From a virus: 64,000 nucleotides of DNA. The stretch covers positions 13,049-77,048 of IMG/VR virus record IMGVR_UViG_3300044911_000835. The stretch is one strand, 5' to 3'. Both the position numbers and the translations under genes were made by a program. Numbering within the stretch: the first letter of the stretch is position 1; each line of letters begins with the position of its first letter. This document shows positions 6,433 through 15,430 of this stretch, piece after piece. A model generated the notes under the pieces. It was not told where the DNA came from and did no database searches. It saw only the letters and a program-made list of their open reading frames with translations.

Positions 6433-7023
6433 ATGGCAAGAGTTAACATGGCAAATAGTAAGAGCGTCTTCTTTACATCAGACACACACTTTGGCCACAA
6501 GAATATTATCAAATACTGTGATCGTCCATTTTCTTCTACAGAAGAAATGCAAGAAGCTATTGTAGCTAAGTGGAATGAAACAGTAAAGGATACCGATACG
6601 GTTTTCCATCTAGGAGACTTTAGTTTTCTAGACAAAGAAAAGACGCGTTGGATTCTATCACGTCTTAATGGCAATATTGTCCTAGTTCGTGGAAATCACG
6701 ATGCTAGCAAGCATGTAGAGCTATTCGGTGATGTATACGATATGGTTGAACTTCATGTGGAAGACAATGGTACGCAGCAAATCATTATACTATGTCACTA
6801 CCCACTAGCAGTATGGGCTAGTTCTCACTATGGAACGTGGCACTTGCATGGTCATAGTCATGGTACTTATAAAGTTAAAACTGGTAAGATTGTTGATGCT
6901 GGCTGGGACGTTTGGGGTAAGCCCGTTTCATATCAGGAAGTTAAAGACTACATGGCTAAGCGTTCTCTAAGTTCAGTAGATCATCATAGTATCTCTGAAT
7001 ATAGGAATAATGCTGGTAGCTAG
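6433..7023 (+). CDS. calcineurin-like metallophosphoesterase
   Basis: SDTHFGH, HLGDF, GNHD, CHYP, LHGHSH motifs. Confidence 0.9.
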   Translation: MARVNMANSKSVFFTSDTHFGHKNIIKYCDRPFSSTEEMQEAIVAKWNETVKDTDTVFHLGDFSFLDKEKTRWILSRLNGNIVLVRGNHDASKHVELFGDVYDMVELHVEDNGTQQIIILCHYPLAVWASSHYGTWHLHGHSHGTYKVKTGKIVDAGWDVWGKPVSYQEVKDYMAKRSLSSVDHHSISEYRNNAGS

Positions 7024-7390
7024 TATGGTCGCCTGTCTAGCTCTAAATATTTATCATGAAGCTAGAGGCGAAAATATTAAAGGAATGCAAGCAGTCGCTC
7101 TCGTTACTAGAAACAGAATGGCAGTTACTGGAGATAATGCATGTGAGGTAGTACACAGTCCTAAGCAGTTTTCCTGGACGATATATAAGCCAAAGGCAAC
7201 CGACCCCAAATCGTATAAATTGGCTGAAAAGATTGCAATTGATGTTCTAACCGGCAAAGTATCAGACTTTACAGGTGGAGCTACTTTCTATCATCATATA
7301 GATGTTAGGCCACACTGGGCCAAAAAGTTTATTTATAGAAAAACTATAGGTAAACATAGATTTTATTTTACACTAGAGAGACCTTTATGA
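7010..7390 (+). CDS. SleB-like cell wall hydrolase (Hydrolase_2)
   Basis: CLALNIYHEARGE, QFSW, GATFYH, IGKHRFY. Confidence 0.9.
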   Translation: MLVASMVACLALNIYHEARGENIKGMQAVALVTRNRMAVTGDNACEVVHSPKQFSWTIYKPKATDPKSYKLAEKIAIDVLTGKVSDFTGGATFYHHIDVRPHWAKKFIYRKTIGKHRFYFTLERPL

Positions 7391-7575
7391 TGCGTGGTGA
7401 TGGCTGGGATAGATATATGGAAGAAGAACTGAGAAGATCTTGTATTGAACAAGCTTCTAGAAGAAATAAGCTACTTAGTGCGCTAAATCTACTAAAAATA
7501 AAGTATAAGTTACCGGATGCGTTTATAGTAGAATTACTTGCTAAATTTAATTTAACACTAAAGGATATTTCATGA
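7387..7575 (+). CDS. hypothetical protein
   Basis: ATGA coupling. Confidence 0.5.
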   Translation: MMRGDGWDRYMEEELRRSCIEQASRRNKLLSALNLLKIKYKLPDAFIVELLAKFNLTLKDIS

Positions 7576-7766
7576 AAATAGCAGTTAGATTTAAAGATGG
7601 TTCAAAAAATTTACTAGATGACCACGTTGATGATGATAATTCAACTAATATGACAGATATGGCATATAGAAAAGAATTTGCAGAATACGTTGAAAATATG
7701 TTACGCAAACCAGTAGCATCTATGCTATTTGAGGTCGTAACCGTAGCAGAACCAGTTCTAGCGTAA
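7572..7766 (+). CDS. hypothetical protein
   Basis: ATGA coupling, AAGGA SD. Confidence 0.55.
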   Translation: MKIAVRFKDGSKNLLDDHVDDDNSTNMTDMAYRKEFAEYVENMLRKPVASMLFEVVTVAEPVLA

Positions 7767-7776
7767 AATAATAGAC

Positions 7777-7805
7777 TTGAATGTCTTCACTATATGCCGT
7801 ATAAT
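7777..7805 (+). promoter_or_regulatory. sigma70-type promoter
   Basis: TTGAAT-17-TATAAT. Confidence 0.75.
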
Positions 7806-7833
7806 ATTATCTTACGGTTGAGAAAGGAAACAA

Positions 7834-8106
7834 ATGACATGGGTTGAGTGGTATATAATTTTGTGCTTGTCTGGAGGTACTACTTCTGCTATAATATCAT
7901 TTCTTCCAGCTTTAAGAGAATTGAAAAAGATAGAAAAAGAAAAGAATATAACCCATACTTTTGTTGAAAGACCAATAACATCTTTTATTGTGTGGGCAGT
8001 TATGCATTCAGTAACCTTTCCTATTCTAGGAATATTTACTCTTTTCTCTGAAAAGAAGAATATCTCAGTAATTGAATCAGTCACTAAAAGGAAGTATAAT
8101 GCTTGA
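7834..8106 (+). CDS. membrane protein
   Basis: two hydrophobic segments; AAGGA SD. Confidence 0.6.
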   Translation: MTWVEWYIILCLSGGTTSAIISFLPALRELKKIEKEKNITHTFVERPITSFIVWAVMHSVTFPILGIFTLFSEKKNISVIESVTKRKYNA

Positions 8107-8338
8107 GTTTTTCTATACAAAGGCAGATGGTTCTGTATCTGAACGAGTAGCTCTGGTACTGAATAAACCTAGTGATAGTTACCTTATGCTAGACTTATCT
8201 GATCTTGATAGTGATGAAATTGACTATTTAGAACAGCGGGTGGCTCAGTATCAATCTGAGCGAAAAGAATTGCTGGATAAGTATAAGTTTGGGCCTTATA
8301 TGAAAACATTTAAGGAATCCGGTATATGTACCAAATAG
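8099..8338 (+). CDS. hypothetical protein (start revised to MLEFFY)
   Basis: AAGGA SD upstream of ATG 8099. Confidence 0.55.
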   Translation: MLEFFYTKADGSVSERVALVLNKPSDSYLMLDLSDLDSDEIDYLEQRVAQYQSERKELLDKYKFGPYMKTFKESGICTK

Positions 8339-8568
8339 TAGGTAGAGAAAATCTGGAAGCAGTAAATACTGTAGCAGATCGTGCAATGCAAATTATGCGA
8401 GATGAATCTGCTATAGCAGCACTAGAAGAAGACAAAGCAGTAGGTGTAAGAGCTGACCATTTAATGTCCTTGGCGACAGGTTATTTATTCTTATATCAAG
8501 CTGTACTAGACCACGGACTTTTGCCTAGTCAGAAGTCTGCTAAACATCAAATTTTTAAAGTTCATTAA
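8326..8568 (+). CDS. hypothetical protein
   Basis: operon packing. Confidence 0.55.
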   Translation: MYQIVGRENLEAVNTVADRAMQIMRDESAIAALEEDKAVGVRADHLMSLATGYLFLYQAVLDHGLLPSQKSAKHQIFKVH

Positions 8569-8580
8569 GGAGTAACAAAT

Positions 8581-8964
8581 ATGGCATGGGATGACGACAA
8601 GAAAGCTAAAGTAATTAAGGCATATACTGATGCAAAGCCTACAGGTGCAAACTCTATTGAGATTGTTAAGCAATTAGCAGAAGATTTTGGTGAAACACCA
8701 AATGGTGTTCGTATGATTCTTAGCAAAGCAGAAGTCTATGTTAAGAAAGAAGAAGTTGCAGGTACTAAGAAAGCTACAGCAACTAAAGAAGGTGCTACAG
8801 CTCGCGTATCAAAAGCTGATTCTCTATCTGCCCTAATCAAGGCAGTTGAAGAAGTTGGCTATACTGTTGATAACGATATTATCGACAAACTAACTGGTAA
8901 GCAGGCAATCTACTTTACCAATGTAATCAAAGCTGCTCTAACCACTACTGAAGACGGAGAGTAA
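8581..8964 (+). CDS. T5 D3-like DNA-binding protein
   Basis: EIV..AE..G.TPNGVRM.L.KA..Y.KK motif; synteny. Confidence 0.7.
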   Translation: MAWDDDKKAKVIKAYTDAKPTGANSIEIVKQLAEDFGETPNGVRMILSKAEVYVKKEEVAGTKKATATKEGATARVSKADSLSALIKAVEEVGYTVDNDIIDKLTGKQAIYFTNVIKAALTTTEDGE

Positions 8965-8966
8965 TA

Positions 8967-9590
8967 ATGGCTGCTGCAAAGAAGTCAGTTAAAGTAAAAG
9001 ATACGGAAGATTTATCCGATTCTAATATTGAGAAAGTAATTGCACTTCTTTCAGCAGAAAAGCCCTGTACTAAAAAAGAGGCTTGCAGTATTCTAAGAAT
9101 CACTTACAATACTACTAGATTGCAGACTATTATTGACAACTTTCTAGAAAAGAAAGATAGAACTGCGAAGCTTAGGGCTGAGAAAGCACATAAACCTGCC
9201 ACAGAAGCAGAGATTCAGTACTCTATTATGGAGTACCTGGGGGGTGCTACAGTTTCTGCAATTTCAGAGTCTCTTTATAGGTCAGCATCTTTTGTAGATA
9301 AAGTTCTAGAAAGATGTGGAGTACCACGTAGGGCTACAGGCTGGTCATACCAACGTCCTCAACTAATCCCCGAAGAAGCGATTAGAACTTCTTTTGAGAT
9401 TGGAGAGAAAGTATGGTCAGCGCGTTATGAGTCACTAGCAACGATTAAATCAGAAGTAACAAACCAACCACATCCTTCTAAAGTATATCGTGTATACCTA
9501 GAAGATGAGTCTTGGCAGCAATCAGCGTACCAACCAGCCGAGGAATTAGCTTCCTTGCAACACTTAACTAAATATGGAGTTTCAATTTAA
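8967..9590 (+). CDS. hypothetical protein with possible HTH
   Basis: TKKEACSILRI and GATVSAISESLYRS HTH-like segments. Confidence 0.55.
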   Translation: MAAAKKSVKVKDTEDLSDSNIEKVIALLSAEKPCTKKEACSILRITYNTTRLQTIIDNFLEKKDRTAKLRAEKAHKPATEAEIQYSIMEYLGGATVSAISESLYRSASFVDKVLERCGVPRRATGWSYQRPQLIPEEAIRTSFEIGEKVWSARYESLATIKSEVTNQPHPSKVYRVYLEDESWQQSAYQPAEELASLQHLTKYGVSI

Positions 9591-9890
9591 ATGAACAAAA
9601 ATGCTTTTCTTCACTCTATGAATGAAGGTGGGGACTGTTACATCAACTATATTTCACCAGTCTCTAAGAAGCAGAAGTACCATGTTGGTACTACAAACTT
9701 TTCTGTAGCAATTTCACCCTATATTGCTAAGAAACTAGACGAGTATACCTGGCCTCGAATGAATGAGAATCAGGTACTAGTATTCTGTTATGATATGGAT
9801 ACATTCAAACCAGTAGATACTGCTTTGGTTATTAGTGTACTTCCGACTAATAAGGTAATTAGACAACCAGATGAGCAACAACGATTCTGA
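9591..9890 (+). CDS. hypothetical protein (possible SH3/WYL-like fold)
   Basis: LVFCYDMDTFK; position before PC4 as in T5. Confidence 0.5.
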   Translation: MNKNAFLHSMNEGGDCYINYISPVSKKQKYHVGTTNFSVAISPYIAKKLDEYTWPRMNENQVLVFCYDMDTFKPVDTALVISVLPTNKVIRQPDEQQRF

Positions 9891-10131
9891 GGTTTTATTT
9901 ACTCATACCCTAAAAGAAAATCTGGATGACTTCTCTCAGTGGAGATTAACAGTTACCGAATTTAGGGGTGAGCAATATCTAAATATACGAGAGTACTTTT
10001 TAGATTTTGATAGTGAGTGGCAGCCAACTAAGAAAGGTATTTCTCTTTTACTAGAAATGACTTTCACGGCTAACTTACTGGAAGGATTGAAACGCTTAGT
10101 TTCTGAAGGAGAACAAAAAGATGCGGAGTAA
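9871..10131 (+). CDS. PC4/p15-like ssDNA-binding protein
   Basis: LTVTEFRG..YLNIREYF..EWQPTKKGISL. Confidence 0.85.
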   Translation: MSNNDSEVLFTHTLKENLDDFSQWRLTVTEFRGEQYLNIREYFLDFDSEWQPTKKGISLLLEMTFTANLLEGLKRLVSEGEQKDAE

Positions 10132-10234
10132 CCAGCTCTACCGAGATTTAGGCTTACATATAGCAGCTTTAGTCCTACTGTCCACTATTCTAGGTGCTAG
10201 TTTAATGTATGGATTAATGAGGATTTTTTCATGA
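10121..10234 (+). CDS. 37-aa single-TM peptide (not in ORF track)
   Basis: MRSNQLYRDLGLHIAALVLLSTILGASLMYGLMRIFS; AGGAG SD; ATGA coupling to ligase. Confidence 0.55.
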   Translation: MRSNQLYRDLGLHIAALVLLSTILGASLMYGLMRIFS

Positions 10235-11229
10235 AGTTTGAAACTGCGAAAGCCGAGTTAATTGATAGTTTACTTGTAAAGGCTTCAAAGGCTTATTACG
10301 ACGGTGAACCAATTCTATCTGATGAACAGTTTGATTACTTAGCTGATTTAGTGGATTTCAAAGGTTTGGGTGCTAAGCCTACAGGTGAAGTAAAGAAACA
10401 CTATAAAAGAATGTTCTCTTTACAAAAGCATTACGCAGGAGAAGGCAAAGTACCTTTAGCTGATTATACTAATTTTAAGTATAAGTCACCTAAGCTAGAT
10501 GGTGCTGCTATAGCTGCACTTTATATTGATAAACAGTTAGTACAAGTTTTAACTCGTGGTGATGGTATTGAAGGTAGGGATATTACCGAAAAGTTTCTAT
10601 TTAGTAGCAAACCAGTATTACCAAAGCAAATTGAACTAGATGGTATAGTACAAGTAACCGGAGAAATTACTACTTTATCAGATGTTGAAAATGCAAGAAA
10701 TTATGCGTCTGGTGCTCTCAATCTAATAGATATAAATGAGTTTAATTCTAGAGACTTATATTTTACTGCGTATGGTCTATATCCAGAGACTCAGACTTAT
10801 GAGCATGATTTAGAAGTTTTAAGGCTAAATAGTTTTAAAACAGTTGCAGATGAAGATTGGTGTGCTAAGTTCGATACCGACGGTATTGTAATACGGATTA
10901 ATGATAACGAAGATTATAATAGTCTAGGGCATACTTCTAAGCATCCACGCGGAGCTTACGCTATTAAAGAACGTAAGTTTGGTGCAATTACTACTTTGCT
11001 AGATGTAGAGTGGCAGGTGGGTAAGTCTGGCAAAGTTACCCCAGTAGCTATTCTGGAACCGTGCAAGATTGGAGACTCTACAGTTGCTAGGGCTACTCTT
11101 AACAACATAGCTTTTATCGAGTCTCTAGGATTGGAGATAGGCTGTAAAGTTGAGGTACAAAAAATGGGTGATATTATTCCCGGCATTATTCGTAGGTTGC
11201 CTGAAAATGATATTGATTTTGTAGAGTAA
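10231..11229 (+). CDS. ligA: NAD-dependent DNA ligase subunit A (adenylation + OB domains)
   Basis: KLDG, TRGDG.EG.DIT, NARNYASG, DGIV, QVGKSGKVTPVA, GDIIP. Confidence 0.92.
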   Translation: MKFETAKAELIDSLLVKASKAYYDGEPILSDEQFDYLADLVDFKGLGAKPTGEVKKHYKRMFSLQKHYAGEGKVPLADYTNFKYKSPKLDGAAIAALYIDKQLVQVLTRGDGIEGRDITEKFLFSSKPVLPKQIELDGIVQVTGEITTLSDVENARNYASGALNLIDINEFNSRDLYFTAYGLYPETQTYEHDLEVLRLNSFKTVADEDWCAKFDTDGIVIRINDNEDYNSLGHTSKHPRGAYAIKERKFGAITTLLDVEWQVGKSGKVTPVAILEPCKIGDSTVARATLNNIAFIESLGLEIGCKVEVQKMGDIIPGIIRRLPENDIDFVE

Positions 11230-11241
11230 CTACAGTATAAT
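11213..11241 (+). promoter_or_regulatory. sigma70-type promoter between ligase subunits
   Basis: TTGATT-17-TATAAT. Confidence 0.65.
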
Positions 11242-11266
11242 ATTTCCTTCTACAGTTGAAAAGCAA

Positions 11267-12028
11267 ATGAAAATAACCCAACCAGAAAATTGTCCTGTTT
11301 GTAACTCCAAATTGATTCTAGTAAAAGATCAATTATTTTGTAGGAACAAAGAATGCCCAGCGCAAACCGCGAAGAAATTAGAACACTTCTGCAAAACTGT
11401 AAAGATGAAAGGCTTTGGGCCAGTAGCACTAAGTAAACTTGATTTTGAATCAATACTAGATATTTATACTTTTAGTGAGTCAACGTATAAGAATTTACTT
11501 GGAGATACTATTGGAGCAAAGCTATTCAAAGAAGTTAGGCTCAGTGAAAAGAACACCGACTTAGAACAAGTTATCGCTGGTTTAAGCATCCCTTTAGTAG
11601 GCAATACTGCTGCTAGTAAACTATGTGAGTTTATTGACAGTGTAGATGATATTAACAAGGAGACTTGTTCTATGGCTGGACTAGGTGAGAAAGTAACAAA
11701 TAATCTGCTAGAGTATGTTAATTCAGAGGAATTTAGTAGATTACAAAAGCTTCTTAGGAAGTTTAAAGTAGGTAGTAATAAGAAAGTTGAAACATCATCA
11801 TTAGGTATTACAGTATGTATTACTGGAAAACTTGATGATTACAAGAATAGATCAGAAGCTGCTAAATATCTTAGTAGTTTAGGGTTTACGGTAGTCGATA
11901 GTGTAACTAAAGCTACCAACATTTTAATTAACGAAGAAGATAGAGAAAGTTCAAAGCTAACAAAAGCTATATCCCTAGGAATTAGGGTAACTACTATCAA
12001 AGACTTAGAAAAGGAAATAAATAAATGA
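11267..12028 (+). CDS. NAD-dependent DNA ligase subunit B (Zn finger, HhH, BRCT)
   Basis: CPVC..CRNKEC; GLSIPLVG; VCITGKL..SVTK..SSKLTKA. Confidence 0.9.
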   Translation: MKITQPENCPVCNSKLILVKDQLFCRNKECPAQTAKKLEHFCKTVKMKGFGPVALSKLDFESILDIYTFSESTYKNLLGDTIGAKLFKEVRLSEKNTDLEQVIAGLSIPLVGNTAASKLCEFIDSVDDINKETCSMAGLGEKVTNNLLEYVNSEEFSRLQKLLRKFKVGSNKKVETSSLGITVCITGKLDDYKNRSEAAKYLSSLGFTVVDSVTKATNILINEEDRESSKLTKAISLGIRVTTIKDLEKEINK

Positions 12029-12762
12029 CAGTTCAAAAATGGACCGACGAACGTACCGCTCAACTAACCGCACTTGCCGGTGTTGCTACTCCAGTTAGCA
12101 CAGATACTGTAAAGACTGCTGCTGTAGAATTAGTTTGTAGTGAGCGCTCAGTAGCTGCTAAGCTACGTAAGATGGGTTACGAAGTTGCTTCAATGGCTAA
12201 ATCTACTGCCCCCACATTCACAGAAGATGAAGCTACTGCTCTAGGTGCTTTTGTTGAAGCAAATAGTGGCAATATGACTTATGCTCAGATTGCTGAGGCT
12301 TTCCAAGGTGGCGAGTTTACTGCTAAGCAAGTTCAAGGTAAGATTCTATCAATGGAACTTACTGCACACGTTAAGCCAACTGAAAAGGTTGAAGCAGTTC
12401 GTACATATACCGAATCAGAAGAAGTTACTTTTGTTAGTATGTGTGCAGAAGGTGCCTTCGTAGAAGACATTGCTACTGCTCTGAATAAGACTATTAATTC
12501 AGTCCGCGGAAAGGCTCTCAGCCTACTACGTAGCGGGGACATTGCAAAGATGCCTGCTCAGAAGGAATCTCATGCTAAGGCAGAAGCTGATGTTGTTGAC
12601 ACCCTAGGTGACCTAAGCAAACTAACAGTTGCTCAGATCGCTGAGAAGTCTGGAAAGACTGAACGCGGTATTAAGACATTGTTAACACGTCGTGGACTTG
12701 TTGCATCAGATTATGATGGAGCTGCAAAGAAAGCAAAGAATGCAGCTAAAACAGCTGAGTAA
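12025..12762 (+). CDS. T5 D5-like DNA-binding transcription factor
   Basis: RSVAAKLRKMGYEV, VQGKILSMELT, RGKALSLLR, LTRRGL..DYDG; synteny. Confidence 0.85.
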   Translation: MTVQKWTDERTAQLTALAGVATPVSTDTVKTAAVELVCSERSVAAKLRKMGYEVASMAKSTAPTFTEDEATALGAFVEANSGNMTYAQIAEAFQGGEFTAKQVQGKILSMELTAHVKPTEKVEAVRTYTESEEVTFVSMCAEGAFVEDIATALNKTINSVRGKALSLLRSGDIAKMPAQKESHAKAEADVVDTLGDLSKLTVAQIAEKSGKTERGIKTLLTRRGLVASDYDGAAKKAKNAAKTAE

Positions 12763-12780
12763 TACCTAAATAGGTAATTA

Positions 12781-12815
12781 AGGCGGTTTAGGGATTCCTC
12801 TAAATCGCCTTTTTT
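12781..12815 (+). terminator. intrinsic terminator
   Basis: aggcggtttaggg/ctctaaatcgcct + T run. Confidence 0.8.
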
Positions 12816-12828
12816 CATGGAGTAATAA

Positions 12829-13128
12829 ATGAAGGTAACAATAACTTATTATGACAACGACTCTCTCACGATTGAAGAAGTTGTTGCCCGCGCCAAACAC
12901 GCATACGGAGATTTTGTTGAAGTTTCCGTGCAACCAACAAGCAATAAGCCTTCAGATATGCTTTACTTTGCTTTGCAACAAATGTTAACTCACGAACAGC
13001 TATCAATATTTTTTGATGACAAGAATCAGTATCCTGCTAGACTAGGTAAGTTGCGTTCTGAAACATTAGCAGCAGTACAAAAGGAATTATCAGCAGTAAT
13101 TAAGGATAATGAAATAAAGGTAACTTAG
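12829..13128 (+). CDS. hypothetical protein
   Basis: GGAG SD. Confidence 0.6.
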   Translation: MKVTITYYDNDSLTIEEVVARAKHAYGDFVEVSVQPTSNKPSDMLYFALQQMLTHEQLSIFFDDKNQYPARLGKLRSETLAAVQKELSAVIKDNEIKVT

Positions 13129-13129
13129 A

Positions 13130-14554
13130 ATGGCAGACATTGGCGCAATAGTACTACATAAAGTATTGGAGGGTAAAGATCTATCTGCATTTTCAAGACT
13201 GAAGTTAGCTTTTTTCGACTCTTCTTACACTAGCGTATATAGTGCTATTACGACCCATTATGACAAGTATGGTGCTATACCTAATTTTGTTGAACTACTA
13301 ACAACTGCTAGAAGTAGTGCATTAACGAACGCTTTAACAACACTTCAAAGTCTTGAAATTGAAGATGATATAGATATAGATGTAGCTGTAGATGCTTTAA
13401 TTGATAGCTACACACAAAGTGAAGCACTAAAACTATTAGATAAATTTGTAGATAATATCACCTTAATGGATAGTCAGGAGATTAAGGACTCTCTATCCGC
13501 AGCAGTAATGCATCTAGATGAGAAAACTCATACTAGTGAAAGCATTCTAAGTGCTAGTGATATTATGTTGTTTGCTTCAGTAGAAGATAATGAGCATTAT
13601 AAGTTTCCTAGTGGCATTTCGAATACAATCGACGCTAAATTGGGGGGATTGTTTAGACAAGAAACTATCCTACTTGGTGGAAAACGTGGTGCTGGCAAAT
13701 CTATTGTATGTGCTAACTTAGTAGAAGCACAGTATGCTATGGGTAATACTTCAGTATATTTTACCATTGAAATGACGGGTAGGGAAACATTCCAACGTAT
13801 CATGGGTATTAATGCTGGAATATCTCATTCATTACTAAAACAAAATTCTCTGTCGGAATCAGAAATCTTAAAATTAGTAAAAGCCAGAGCAGCTATGTAT
13901 CTAGATGCAGATGATCTAGTAGAGGAATTCATATTAAGTGGAGATAACTTAAAGTTCGAAAGTGATTTAGTTAGAACTAAGTTTCTAAAACCTGAGAATC
14001 AGATTATCATTATTGATGATAGAGAACTAAGTATTACTGCAATTGATTTACATATTCAAAAGCTGAAAGCTAAGTTTGGTGATAGTCTTAAATTAGCTGT
14101 TATTGATTACTTGAACCAGATTACTGTACCTGGAATTCCAGGGGGCATGTATGAATGGACTACCCAGATCTTTGTTAGTAAAAAACTGAAAGAGTTAGCT
14201 AGAAAGCACGATATATGTATTGTATCTCCTTATCAAATTGATGATAATGGTGGTACACGATTTGCTAAAGGTATTCTAGATTCGTGTGATATTGCGATGT
14301 TATTAGATGCTCATGATAAATCGGACAATACTATATCCTTCGATACTACTAAGATTCGCGGTGGTCCACCGTTAGCTTTTAGTAATGGTATTAACTGGGA
14401 GACTTTGAAAATTAATCCAGCAGAAACAGATAAACCTCAAAAGAAAGCAAAGAAAGAAAAGGAAGAGGAATCTTCCTATACTGGAAAAGAAGACGCAAAT
14501 GATATTGATATTCCATTTGCTGGAGCCACTAAAATAGGTGTAAATAAATGGTAG
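13130..14554 (+). CDS. DnaB-like replicative helicase (T5 D6-like)
   Basis: GGKRGAGKS Walker A; FTIEM; VIDYLNQ; SPYQ. Confidence 0.9.
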   Translation: MADIGAIVLHKVLEGKDLSAFSRLKLAFFDSSYTSVYSAITTHYDKYGAIPNFVELLTTARSSALTNALTTLQSLEIEDDIDIDVAVDALIDSYTQSEALKLLDKFVDNITLMDSQEIKDSLSAAVMHLDEKTHTSESILSASDIMLFASVEDNEHYKFPSGISNTIDAKLGGLFRQETILLGGKRGAGKSIVCANLVEAQYAMGNTSVYFTIEMTGRETFQRIMGINAGISHSLLKQNSLSESEILKLVKARAAMYLDADDLVEEFILSGDNLKFESDLVRTKFLKPENQIIIIDDRELSITAIDLHIQKLKAKFGDSLKLAVIDYLNQITVPGIPGGMYEWTTQIFVSKKLKELARKHDICIVSPYQIDDNGGTRFAKGILDSCDIAMLLDAHDKSDNTISFDTTKIRGGPPLAFSNGINWETLKINPAETDKPQKKAKKEKEEESSYTGKEDANDIDIPFAGATKIGVNKW

Positions 14555-15411
14555 ATGAAGTAAGAAACTTACTCGATAATTTTGATATTAAGTATATCCC
14601 TAGTGGTAGGGATTACTTAATACATTGTTTAAATCCAGATCATCCAGACAGGAATCCCTCACTTAGAATTGATAAACTAAAAGGTATAGGCCAATGCTTA
14701 TCCTGTGGCTATAAAGTAAACCTATTCAAGCATTTCGATGTATTCACAGACGGAAAATCAGCGCAAATTGCCTCCTTAAAGGAGAAAATTGCGAAATGTA
14801 TGTCGGATAGTGTAGGATTAAAAATACCGAGTAAGGCAATTCCTTGGCGCGAAGATTATAGAAATATCAAGGCTAGTACATTTAGAGAGTTTGATGCTTT
14901 CACATATCACGAAGATTTTGGTAATCGCTTAGTATTCCCAATGTATGCTGCTAGTAATAAGATTGTAGCATTTAATGGTAGAGCGATGGGTAATGAAAGC
15001 CCTAAATATGATATTTATCCTTCTAAAGTAGAATTACCAATGTTTCCAGGTAGACCTAAGCCAGTAAATTCTACTTTAGTGCTAGTTGAGGGTATATTTG
15101 ATTTTCTAAATCTCTACGATAAAGGATTAACTAATGCTGTTGCTCTTATGGGTGTTACAACTTTACACTCGAAGAAGGGTTTAAATAAAGACAAAGTAAA
15201 TCTATTTAAAATGAGTGGCACTACAAGAATATTTCTCTGTTTAGATGCAGATGACGCAGGTAGAAAAGCCACTGAAGAACTTAAACCACTACTAGAAGCT
15301 GAAGGTTTTTATGTTGGTATAATAGAATTAGAAGATGATAGTGATCCAGGCGAATTAAGTAAGTCTGATGTTGCTTGGGTCATCGACTATATAAATGGAA
15401 GGCAAACCTAG
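14548..15411 (+). CDS. DNA primase
   Basis: CLNPDH..CLSC Zn motif; Toprim VEGIFD and LDAD. Confidence 0.9.
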   Translation: MVDEVRNLLDNFDIKYIPSGRDYLIHCLNPDHPDRNPSLRIDKLKGIGQCLSCGYKVNLFKHFDVFTDGKSAQIASLKEKIAKCMSDSVGLKIPSKAIPWREDYRNIKASTFREFDAFTYHEDFGNRLVFPMYAASNKIVAFNGRAMGNESPKYDIYPSKVELPMFPGRPKPVNSTLVLVEGIFDFLNLYDKGLTNAVALMGVTTLHSKKGLNKDKVNLFKMSGTTRIFLCLDADDAGRKATEELKPLLEAEGFYVGIIELEDDSDPGELSKSDVAWVIDYINGRQT

Positions 15412-15430
15412 CCTTAATAAAAGGAGTAGC